A stretch of 34,387 bases of DNA from Utricularia gibba. Taxonomy: Eukaryota; Plantae; Magnoliophyta. Below, piece by piece: positions 1 to 10,605 of the stretch. Both the position numbers and the translations under genes were made by a program. Positions within the stretch are counted from its first letter, which is position 1, and each line of letters starts with the position of its first letter. Location: the NCBI GenBank assembly GCA_002189035.1, contig NEEC01000297.1, positions 1 to 34,387 of the forward strand, written 5' to 3'. The notes beneath the pieces were generated by a model. It was given only the letters and a program-made list of their open reading frames with translations, made no database searches and had not been told where the DNA came from.

Positions 1-54
1 ACCGCCTGCTCAAGTATAAAGTAAGTTGTTGAAAAAATCATGTGGGGTGCACGT

Positions 55-360
55 GACATCGTAATTTAAACAAATGCATCATTTTATTCATTGATTTGCA
101 TCCAGTTGACCTCATGAGCCATAAAGAATCGGGGCAAGGACCAAGTTCCTAGCGAGACTGGCCGCCACAAAACGAGAAGCGTTCCTTGAAAAACCATGTA
201 GGCAGCCCCGAAAACCGAACGTTAATAAATACATCACTTTTTTGCCGGCTACAACTTACTCGGGCCAAGCCTAAATCTTTTTCCGGTTCCAAGTGCCCCC
301 AAGACCGCCTGCTCATTATAAAGTAAGTTGTTAAAAAAATCATGTGGGGTGCACGTGACA
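55..360 (+). repeat. Partial/blended B-like monomer
   Basis: Carries ATAAAGAATC, TTCCTAGC, AACGTTAAT and GCCTAA..CTTTTTCCGG, but retains A-type CCAGTTGACC and CACGTG. Confidence 0.75.
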
Positions 361-980
361 TCGTAATTTAAACAAATGCATCATTTTTTTTATCGATTTG
401 CATCCAGTTGACCTCATGAGCCATACAGAATCGGGGTCAAGGACCAAGTTCCCAGCGAGACTGGCCGCCAAAAAAACGAGAAGCGGTTCCTTGAAAAACC
501 ATGTAGGCAGCCCCCGAAAACGAACGATAATAAATACATCACTTTATTTGCCGGACTACAACTAACTCTCGTGCAAGCCAAACCTTACCTTTGTCCCGTT
601 CCAGGTGCACCAAAGACCGCTGCTCAAGTATAAAGTAAGTTGTTGAAAAAATCATGTGGGGTGCACGTGACATCATAATTTAAACAAATGCATCATTTTT
701 TTTAATCGATTTGCATCCAGTTGACCTCATGAGCCATACAGAAATCGGGTCAAGGACCAAGTTCCCAGCGAGACTGGCCGCCACAAACGAGAAGCGGTTC
801 CTTGAAAAACCATGTAGGCAGCCCCGAAAACGAACGATAATAAATACATCACTTTATTTGCCGGACTACAACTAACTCTCGTGCAAGCCAAACCTTACCT
901 TTGTCCCGTTCCAGGTGCACCCAAAGACCGCCTGCTCAAGTATAAAGTAAGTTGTTGAAAAAATCATGTGGGGTGCACGT

Positions 981-1289
981 GATATCGTAATTTAAACAAA
1001 TGCATCATTGTATTCATTGATTTGTATCCTTGTCCTCATGAGCCATAAAGAATCGGGCCCGGACCAAGTTCCTAGCAAAACTGGCCGCCACAAAACGAGA
1101 AGCTGTTCCTTGAAAAACCATGTAGGCAACACCGAAAACCGAACGTTAATAAATACATCACTTTCTTTGCCGGGCTACAACTACTTTGGGCCAAGCCTAA
1201 GCTGATTTTTTCCGGTTCCAAGTGCCCCCCAAAGACCGCCTCCTCATGTATAAAGTATGTTGTTAAAAAAATCATGTGGGGTGCACTTG
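981..1289 (+). repeat. Variant B monomer
   Basis: Linked diagnostics: GATATCGT, CATTGTATTCATTG, GGGCCCGG, TTCCTAGC, GAAGCTGT, GGCAACACC, AACGTTAAT, GCCTAAGCTGAT, CCTCATGTA, CACTTGAC. Confidence 0.92.
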
Positions 1290-2530
1290 ACATCGTAATT
1301 TAAACAAATGCATCATTTTTTATTCGATTTGCATCCAGTTGACCTCATGAGCCAGACAGAATGGGGTCAAGGACCAAGTTCCCAGCGAGACTGGCCGCCA
1401 CAAAACGAGAAGCGGTTCCTTGATAAACCATGTAGGCAGCCCCCGAAAAACGAACGATAATAAATACATCACTTTATTTGCCGGACTACAACTAACTCTC
1501 GGTGCAAGCCAAACATTACCTTTGTCCCGTTCCAGGTGCACCCAAAGACCGCCTGCTCAAGTATAAAGTAAGTTGTTGAAAAAATCATGTGGGGTGCACG
1601 TGACATCATAATTTAAACAAATGCATCATTTAATCGATTTGCATCCAGTTGACCTCATGAGCCATACAGAATCGGGTCAAGGACCAAGTTCCCGGCGAGA
1701 CTGGCCGCCACAAAACGAGAAGCGGTTCCTTGAAAAACCATGTAGGCAGCCCCCGAAAACGAACGATAATAAATACATCACTTTATTTGCCGACTACAAC
1801 TAACTCTCGGTGCAAGCCAAACATTACTTTGTCCGTTCCAGGTGCACCCAAAGACCGCCTGCTCAAGTATAAAGTAAGTTGTTAAAAAACATGTGGGGTG
1901 CACGTGACATCATAATTTAAACAAATGCATCATTTTTTTTAATCGATTTGCATCCAGTTGACCTCATGAGCCATACAGAATCGGGGTCAAGGACCAAGTT
2001 CCCAGCGAGACTGGCCGCCACAAAACGAGAAGCGGTTCCTTGAAAAACCATGTAGGCAGCCCCCGAAAACCGAACGATAATAAATACATCACTTTATTTG
2101 CCGGACTACAACTAACTCTCGATGCAAGCCATTTACCTTTGTCCCGTTCCAGGTGCACCCAAAGACCGCCTGCTCAAGTATAAAGTAAGTTGTTGAAAAA
2201 ATCATGTGGGGTGCACGTGACATCATAATTTAAACAAATGCATCATTTTTTTTAATCGATTTGCATCCAGTTGACCTCATGAGCCATACAGAATCGGGGC
2301 AAGGACCAAGTTCCCAGCGAGACTGGCCGCCACAAAACGAGAAGCGGTTCCTTGAAAAACCATGTAGGCAGCCCCCGAAAACGAACGATAATAAATACAT
2401 CACTTTATTTGCCGGACTACAACTAACTCTCGATGCAAGCCAACCTTACTTTGTCCCGTTCCAAGTGCACCCAAAAACCGCCTGCTCAAGTATAAAGTAA
2501 GTTGTTGAAAAAATCATGTGGGGTGCACGT

Positions 2531-2831
2531 GACATCGTAATTTAAACAAATGCATCATTTTTCATTGATTTGTATCCTTTTGTCCTCATGAGCCATAAGA
2601 ATCGCGGGCCCGGACCAAGTTCCAGCGAGACTGCCGCCACAAAACGAGAAGCTTTCCTTGAAAAACCATGTAGGCAACACCGAAAACGAACGTTAATAAA
2701 TACATCACTTTCTTTGCCGGCTACAACTTACTTTGGCCAAGCCTAAGCTGATCTTTTCCCGTTCCAAGTGCCCCCAAGACCGCCTCCTCAAGTATAAAGT
2801 ATGTTGTTAAAAAATCATGTGGGGTGCACTG
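2531..2831 (+). repeat. Variant B monomer
   Basis: TTGTATCCTTTTGTCC, CGCGGGCCCGG, GGCAACACC, AACGTTAAT, GCCTAAGCTGATC, AAAGTATGTTG. Confidence 0.88.
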
Positions 2832-3459
2832 ACATCAATTTAAACAAATGCATCATTTTTTTTTAATCGATTTGCATCCAGTTGACCTCATGAGCCATAC
2901 AGAATGGGGTCAAGGACCAAGTTCCCAGCGAGACTGGCCGCCAAAAACGAGAAGCGGTTCCTTGAAAAACCATGTAGGCAGCCCCCCGAAAACGAACGAT
3001 AATAAATACATCACTTTATTTGCCGGACTACAACTAACTCTCGGTGCAAGCCAACTTACCTTTGTCCCGTTCCAGGTGCACCCAAAGACCGCCTGCTCAA
3101 GTATAAAGTAAGTTGTTGAAAAAAATCATGTGGGGTGCACGTGACATCATAATTTAAAACAAATGCATCATTTTTTTTAATCGATTTGCATCCAGTTGAC
3201 CTCATGAGCCATACAGAATCGGGGTCAAGGACCAAGTTCCCAGCGAGACTGGCCGCCACAAAACGAGAAGCGGTTCCTTGAAAAACCATGTAGGCAGCCC
3301 CCGAAAACCGAACGATAATAAATACATCACTTTATTTGCCGGACTACAACTAACTCTCGGTGCAAGCCAAACCTTACCTTTGTCCCGTTCCAGGTGCACC
3401 CAAAGACCGCCTGCTCAAGTATAAAGTAAGTTGTTGAAAAAATCATGTGGGGTGCACGT

Positions 3460-3762
3460 GATATCGTAATTTAAAAATGCATCATTGTATTCATTGATTT
3501 GTATCCTTTTGTCCTCATGAGCCATAAAGAATCGCGGGCCGGACCAAGTTCCTAGCGAGACTGGCCGCCACAAAACGAGAAGCTGTTCCTTGAAAAACCA
3601 TGTAGGCAACACCGAAAACCGAACGTTAATAAATACATCACTTTCTTTGCCGGGCTACAACTACTTGGGCAAGCCTAAGCTGATCTTTTCCGGTTCCAAG
3701 TGCCCCCAAACCGCCTCCCATGTATAAAGTATGTTGTTAAAAAAATCATGTGGGGTGCACTG
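3460..3762 (+). repeat. Variant B monomer
   Basis: B diagnostic set, starting with GATATCGT at 3460. Confidence 0.9.
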
Positions 3763-4696
3763 ACATCGTAATTTAAACAAATGCATCATTTTTTTTATTC
3801 GATTTGCATCCAGTTGACCTCATGAGCCATACAGAATGGGGTCAAGGACCAAGTTCCCAGCGAGACTGGCCGCCACAAAACGAGAAGCGGTTCCTTGAAA
3901 ACCATGTAGGCAGCCCCCGAAAAACGAACGATAATAAATACATCACTTTATTTGCCGGACTACAACTAACTCTCGGTGCAAGCCAAACATTACCTTTGTC
4001 CCGTTCCAGTGCACCCAAAGACCGCCTGCTCAAGTATAAAGTAAGTTGTTGAAAAAATCATGTGGGGTGCACGTGACATCATAATTTAAACAAATGCATC
4101 ATTTTTTTTAATCGATTTGCATCCAGTTGACCTCATGAGCCATACAGAATCGGGGTCAAGGACCAAGTTCCCAGCGAGACTGGCCGCCACAAAACGAGAA
4201 GCGGTTCCTTGAAAAACCATGTAGGCAGCCCCCGAAAACCGAACGATAATAAATACATCACTTTATTTGCCGGACTACAACTACTCTCGGTGCAAGCCAA
4301 ACTTACTTTGTCCCGTTCCAGGTGCACCCAAAGACCGCCTGCTCAAGTATAAAGTAAGTTGTTAAAAAATCATGTGGGGTGCACGTGACATCATAATTTA
4401 AACTGCATCATTTTTTTTAATCGATTTGCATCCAGTTGACCTCATGAGCCATACAGAATCGGGGTCAAGGACCAAGTTCCCAGCGAGACTGGCCGCCACA
4501 AAACGAGAAGCGGTTCCTTGAAAACCATGTAGGCAGCCCCCGAAAACGAACGATAATAAATACATCTTTTATTTGCCGGACTACAACTAACTCTCGATGC
4601 AAGCCATACCTTACCTTTGTCCCGTTCCAGTGCACCAAAAAGACCGCCTGCTCAAGTATAAAGTAAGTTGTTGAAAAAATCATGTGGGGTGCACGT

Positions 4697-5002
4697 GATA
4701 TCGTAATTTAAACAAATGCATCATTGTATTTGATTTGTATCCTTTGTCCTCATGAGCCATAAAGAATCGGGGCCCGGACCAAGTTCCTAGCGAGACTGGC
4801 CGCCACAAAACGAGAAGCTGTTCCTTGAAAAACCATGTAGGCAACACCGAAAACCGAACGTTAATAAATACATCACTTTCTTTGCCGGGCTACAACTTAC
4901 TTTGGGCAAGGCCTAAGCTGATCTTTTTCCGGTTCCAAGTGCCCCCAAAACCGCCTCTCATGTATAAAGTATTGTTTAAAAAAATCATGTGGGGTGCACT
5001 TG
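4697..5002 (+). repeat. Variant B monomer
   Basis: B diagnostic set, from GATATC at 4697 to CACTTG ending at 5002. Confidence 0.92.
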
Positions 5003-5932
5003 ACATCGTAATTTAAACAAATGCCATTTTTTTTATTCGATTTGCATCCAGTTGACCTCATGCAAGACAGAAATGGGGTCAAGGACCAAGTTCCCAGCGA
5101 GACTGGCCGCCAAAAACGAGAAGCGGTTCCTTGAAAAACCATGTAGGCAGCCCCGAAAAACGAACGATAATAAATACATCACTTTATTTGCCGGACTACA
5201 ACTAACTCTCGGTGCAAGCCAAACATTACCTTTGTCCCGTTCCAGGTGCACCCAAAGACCGCCTGCTCAAGTATAAAGTAAGTTGTTGAAAAAATCATGT
5301 GGGGTGCACGTGACATCATAATTTAAACAAATGCATCATTTTTTTAATCGATTTGCATCCAGTTGACCTCATGAGCCATACAGAATCGGGTCAAGGACCA
5401 AGTTCCCAGCGAGACTGGCCGCCACAAAACGAGAAGCGGTTCCTTGAAAAACATGTAGGCAGCCCCGAAAACCGAACGATAATAAATACATCACTTTATT
5501 TGCCGGACTACAACTAACTCTCGGTGCAAGCCTAAGCTGACTTTTGTCCGGTTCCTCTTCCCCCCAAGACCGCCTGCTCAAGTATAAAGTAAGTTGTTAA
5601 AAAACATGTGGGGTGCACGTGACATCATAATTTAAATAAAATGCATCATTTTTTTTAATCGATTTGCATCCAGTTGACCTCATGAGCCATACAGAATCGG
5701 GGTCAAGGACCAAGTTCCCAGCGAGACTGGCCGCCACAAAACGAGAAGCGGTTCCTTGAAAAACCATGTAGGCAGCCCCCGAAAACGAACGATAATAAAT
5801 ACATCTTTTATTTGCCGGACTACAACTAACTCTCGATGCAAGCCATACCTTACCTTTGTCCCGTTCCAAGTGCACCCAAAAACCGCCTCAAGTATAAAGT
5901 AAGTTGTTGAAAAAATCATGTGGGGTGCACGT

Positions 5933-6246
5933 GATATCGTAATTTAAACAAATGCATCATTGTATTCATTGATTTGTATCCTTTTGTCCTCATGAGCCAT
6001 AAAGAATCGCGGGCCCGGACCAAGTTCCTAGCGAGACTGGCCGCCACAAAACGAGAAGCTGTTCCTTGAAAAACCATGTAGGCAACACCGAAAACCGAAC
6101 GTTAATAAATACATCACTTTCTTTGCCGGGCTACAACTTACTTTGGGCCAAGGCCTAAGCTGATCTTTTTCCGGTTCCAAGTGCCCCCCAAAACCGCCTC
6201 CTCATGTATAAAGTATGTTGTTAAAAAATCATGTGGGGTGCACTTG
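5933..6246 (+). repeat. Variant B monomer (cleanest copy)
   Basis: Full diagnostic set including EcoRV GATATC, ApaI GGGCCC, AclI AACGTT and StuI AGGCCT. It differs from the A consensus at roughly 45-50 positions by hand alignment. Confidence 0.94.
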
Positions 6247-7183
6247 ACATCGTAATTTAAACAAATGCATCATTTTTTTTATTCGATTTGCATCCAGTTG
6301 ACCTCATGAGCAAGACAGAAATGGGGTCAAGGACCAAGTTCCCAGCGAGACTGGCCGCCAAAAACGAGAAGCGGTTCCTTGAAAAACCATGTAGGCAGCC
6401 CCGAAAAACGAACGATAATAAATACATCACTTTATTTGCCGGACTACAACTAACTCTCGGTGCAAGCCAAACATTACCTTTGTCCCGTTCCAGGTGCACC
6501 CAAAGACCGCCTGCTCAAGTATAAAGTAAGTTGTTGAAAAAATCATGTGGGGTGCACGTGACATCATATTTAAACAAATGCATCATTTTTTTTAATCGAT
6601 TTGCATCCAGTTGACCTCATGAGCCATACAGAATCGAGGTCAAGGACCAAGTTCCCAGCGAGACTGGCCGCCACAAAACGAGAAGCGGTTCCTTGAAAAA
6701 CATGTAGGCAGCCCCCGAAAACCGAACGATAATAAATACATCACTTTATTTGCCGGACTACAACTAACTCTCGGCAAGCCAAACTGACTTTGTCCGTTCC
6801 TCTTCCCCCCAAGACCGCCTGCTCAAGTATAAAGTAAGTTGTTTAAAAAAACATGTGGGGTGCACGTGACATCATAATTTAAATAAATGCATCATTTTTT
6901 TTAATCGATTTGCATCCAGTTGACCTCATGAGCCATACAGAATCGGGGTCAAGGACCAAAACCCAGCGAGACTGGCCGCCACAAAACGAGAAGCGGTTCC
7001 TTGAAAAACCATGTAGGCAGCCCCCGAAAAGCGAACGATAATAAATACATCTTTTTTATTTGCCGGACTACAACTAACTCTCGATGCAAGCCATACCTTA
7101 CCTTTGTCCCGTTCCAAGTGCACCCAAAAACCGCCTGCTCAAGTATAAAGTAAGTTGTTGAAAAAATCATGTGGGGTGCACGT

Positions 7184-7494
7184 GATATCGTAATTTAAAC
7201 AAATGCATCATTGTATTCATTGATTTGTATCCTTTTGTCCTCATGAGCCATAAAGAATCGCGGGCCCGGACCAAGTTCCCAGCGAGACTGGCCGCCACAA
7301 AACGAGAAGCTGTTCCTTGAAAAACCATGTAGGCAACACCGAAAACCGAACGTTAATAAATACATCACTTTCTTTGCCGGGCTACAAACTTACTTTGGGC
7401 CAAGGCCTAAGCTGATCTTTTTCCGGTTCCAAGTGCCCCCCAAAACCGCCTCCTCATGTAGTATGTTGTTAAAAAATCATGTGGGGTGCACTTG
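7184..7494 (+). repeat. Variant B monomer
   Basis: B diagnostic set. Small deletion at ~7460 (CATGTAGTATG). Confidence 0.92.
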
Positions 7495-8736
7495 ACATCG
7501 TAATTTAAACAAATGCATCATTTTTTTTATTCGATTTGCATCCAGTTGACCTCATGAGCAAGACAGAATGGGTCAAGGACCAAGTTCCCAGCGAGACTGA
7601 CCGCCAAAAACGAGAAGCGGTTCCTTGAAAAACCATGTAGGCAGCCCCCGAAAAACGAACGATAATAAATACATCACTTTATTTGCCGGACTACAACTAA
7701 CTCTCGGTGCAAGCCAAACATTACCTTTGTCCCGTTCCAGGTGCACCCAAAGACCGCCTGCTCAAGTATAAAGTAAGTTGTTGAAAAAATCATGTGGGGT
7801 GCACGTGACATCATAATTTAAACAAATGCATCATTTTTTTAATCGATTTGCATCCAGTTGACCTCATGAGCCATACAGAATCGAGGTCAAGGACCAAGTT
7901 CCCAGCGAGACTGGCCGCCACAAAACGAGAAGCGGTTCCTTGAAAAAATGTAGGCAGCCCCCGAAAACCGAACGATAATAAATACATCACTTTATTTGCC
8001 GGACTACAACTAACTCTCGGTGCAAGCCTAACTGACTTTTGTCCGGTTCCTCTTCCCCCAAGACCGCCTGCTCAAGTATAAAGTAAGTTGTTAAAAAACA
8101 TGTGGGGTGCACGTGACATCATAATTTAAATAAATGCATCATTTTTTTTAATCGATTTGCATCCAGTTGACCTCATGAGCCATACAGAATCGGGTCAAGG
8201 ACCAAGTCCCAGCGAGACTGGCCGCCACAAAACGAGAAGGTTTTTGAAAAACCATGTAGGCAGCCCCGAAAACGAACGATAATAAATACATCTTTTTATT
8301 TGCCGGACTACAACTAACTCTCGATGCAAGCCATACCTTACCTTTGTCCCGTTCCAGTGCACCCAAAACCGCCTGCTCAAGTATAAAGTAAGTTGTTGAA
8401 AAAATCATGTGGGGTGCACGTGACATCATAATTTAAATAAATGCATCATTTTTTTTAATCGATTTGCATCCAGTTGACCTCATGAGCCATACAGAATCGG
8501 GGTCAAGGACCAAAATCCCAGCGAGACTGGCCGCCACAAAACGAGAAGCGGTTCCTTGAAAAACCATGTAGGCAGCCCCCGAAAAGCGAACGATAATAAA
8601 TACATCTTTTTATTTGCCGGACTACAACTAACTCTCGATGCAAGCCATACTTTACCTTTGTCCCGTTCCAAGTGCACCCAAAAACCGCCTGCTCAAGTAT
8701 AAAGTAAGTTGTTGAAAAAATCATGTGGGTGCACGT

Positions 8737-9049
8737 GATATCGTAATTTAAACAAATGCATCATTGTATTCATTGATTTGTATCCTTTTGTCCTCATGAG
8801 CCATAAAGAATCGTGGGCCCGGACCAAGTTCCTAGCGAGACTGGCCGCCACAAAACGAGAAGCTGTTCCTTGAAAAACCATGTAGGCAACACCGAAAACC
8901 GAACGTTAATAAATACATCACTTTCTTTGCCGGGCTACAACTTACTTTGGCCAAGGCCTAAGCTGATCTTTTCCGGTTCCAAGTGCCCCCCAAGACCGCC
9001 TCCTCATGTATAAAGTATGTTGTTAAAAAAATCATGTGGGGTGCACTTG
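8737..9049 (+). repeat. Variant B monomer
   Basis: B diagnostic set, from GATATC at 8737 to CACTTG ending at 9049. Confidence 0.92.
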
Positions 9050-10299
9050 ACATCGTAATTTAAACAAATGCATCATTTTTTTTATTCGATTTGCATCCAG
9101 TTGACCTCATGAGCCAGACAGAAATGGGGTCAAGGACCAAGTTCCCAGCGAGACTGGCCGCCACAAAAACGAGAAGCGGTTCCTTGATAAACCATGCAGG
9201 CAGCCCCCGAAAAACGAACGATAATAAATACATCACTTTATTTGCCGGACTACAACTAACTCTCGGTGCAAGCCAAACATTACCTTTGTCCGTTCCAGGT
9301 GCACCCAAAGACCGCTGCTCAAGTATAAAGTAAGTTGTTGAAAAAATCATGTGGGGTGCACGTGACATCATAATTTAAACAAATGCATCATTTTTTTTAA
9401 TCGATTTGCATCCAGTTGACCTCATGAGCCATACAGAATCGGGGTCAAGGACCAAGTTCCCAGCGAGACTGGCCGCCACAAAACGAGAAGCGGTTCCTTG
9501 AAAAACCATGTAGGCAGCCCCGAAAACCGAACGATAATAAATACATCACTTTATTTGCCGGACTACAACTAACTCTCGGTGCAAGCCAAACTTACCTTTG
9601 TCCGTTCCAGGTGCACCCAAAGACCGCCTGCTCAAGTATAAAGTAAGTTGTTGAAAAAATCATGTGGGGTGCACGTGACATCATAATTTAAACAAATGCA
9701 TCATTTTTTTTTAATCGATTTGCATCCAGTTGACCTCATGAGCCATACAGAATCGGGGTCAAGGACCAAGTTCCCAGCGAGACTGGCCGCCACAAAACGA
9801 GAAGCGGTTCCTTGAAAAACCATGTAGGCAGCCCCCGAAAACGAACGATAATAAATACATCACTTTATTTGCCGGACTACAACTAACTCTCGGTGCAAGC
9901 CAACCTTACCTTTGTCCGTTCCAGTGCACCCAAAGACCGCCTGCTCAAGTATAAAGTAAGTTGTTGAAAAAATCATGTGGGGTGCACGTGACATCATAAT
10001 TTAAACAAATGCATCATTTTTTTTAATCGATTTGCATCCAGTTGACCTCATGAGCCATACAGAATCGGGGTCAAGGACCAAGTTCCCAGCGAGACTGGCC
10101 GCCACAAAACGAGAAGCGGTTCCTTGAAAAACCATGTAGGCAGCCCCCGAAAACCGAACGATAATAAATACATCACTTTATTTGCCGGACTACAACTAAC
10201 TCTCGGCAAGCCAACTTACCTTTGTCCGTTCCAAGTGCACCAAAGACCGCCTGCTCAAGTATAAAGTAAGTTGTTGAAAAAATCATGTGGGGTGCACGT

Positions 10300-10605
10300 G
10301 ACATCATAATTTAAACAAATGCATCATTTTTTCGATTTGCATCCAGTTGACCTCATGAGCCATAAAGAATCGGGGCAAGGACCAAGTTCCCAGCGAGACT
10401 GGCCGCCACAAAACGAGAAGCGTTCCTTGAAAAACCATGTAGGCAGCCGAAAACCGAACGTTAATAAATACATCACTTTATTTGCCGGGCTACAACTACT
10501 TTGGCAAGCCTAAGCTGATCTTTTTTCCGGTTCCAAGTGCCCCCAAAGACCGCCTCCTCATGTATAAAGTAAGTTGTTAAAAAAATCATGTGGGGTGCAC
10601 GTGAC
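10300..10605 (+). repeat. Partial/blended B-like monomer
   Basis: A-like front half. B-type ATAAAGAATC, AACGTTAAT, GCCGGGCT, GCCTAAGCTGATC and CCTCATGTA. Confidence 0.75.

Larger units (their letters stand above)
3460..8736 (+). repeat. Best-preserved higher-order repeat block: B-C-D-E three times (~1.24 kb each), then B-C-D-E-E' (~1.55 kb)
   Basis: B monomers start at 3460, 4697, 5933, 7184 and 8737. Each is followed in order by C (TTATTCG, ..AGACAGAA(A)TGGGG), D (GTTCCTCTTCCCC at ~5551, 6796, 8046; GTTAAAAAACATG; TTTAAATAAA) and E (TACATCTTT, CTCGATGCAAGCCATAC). C and D markers are weaker in the 3460-4696 unit. Confidence 0.85.
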
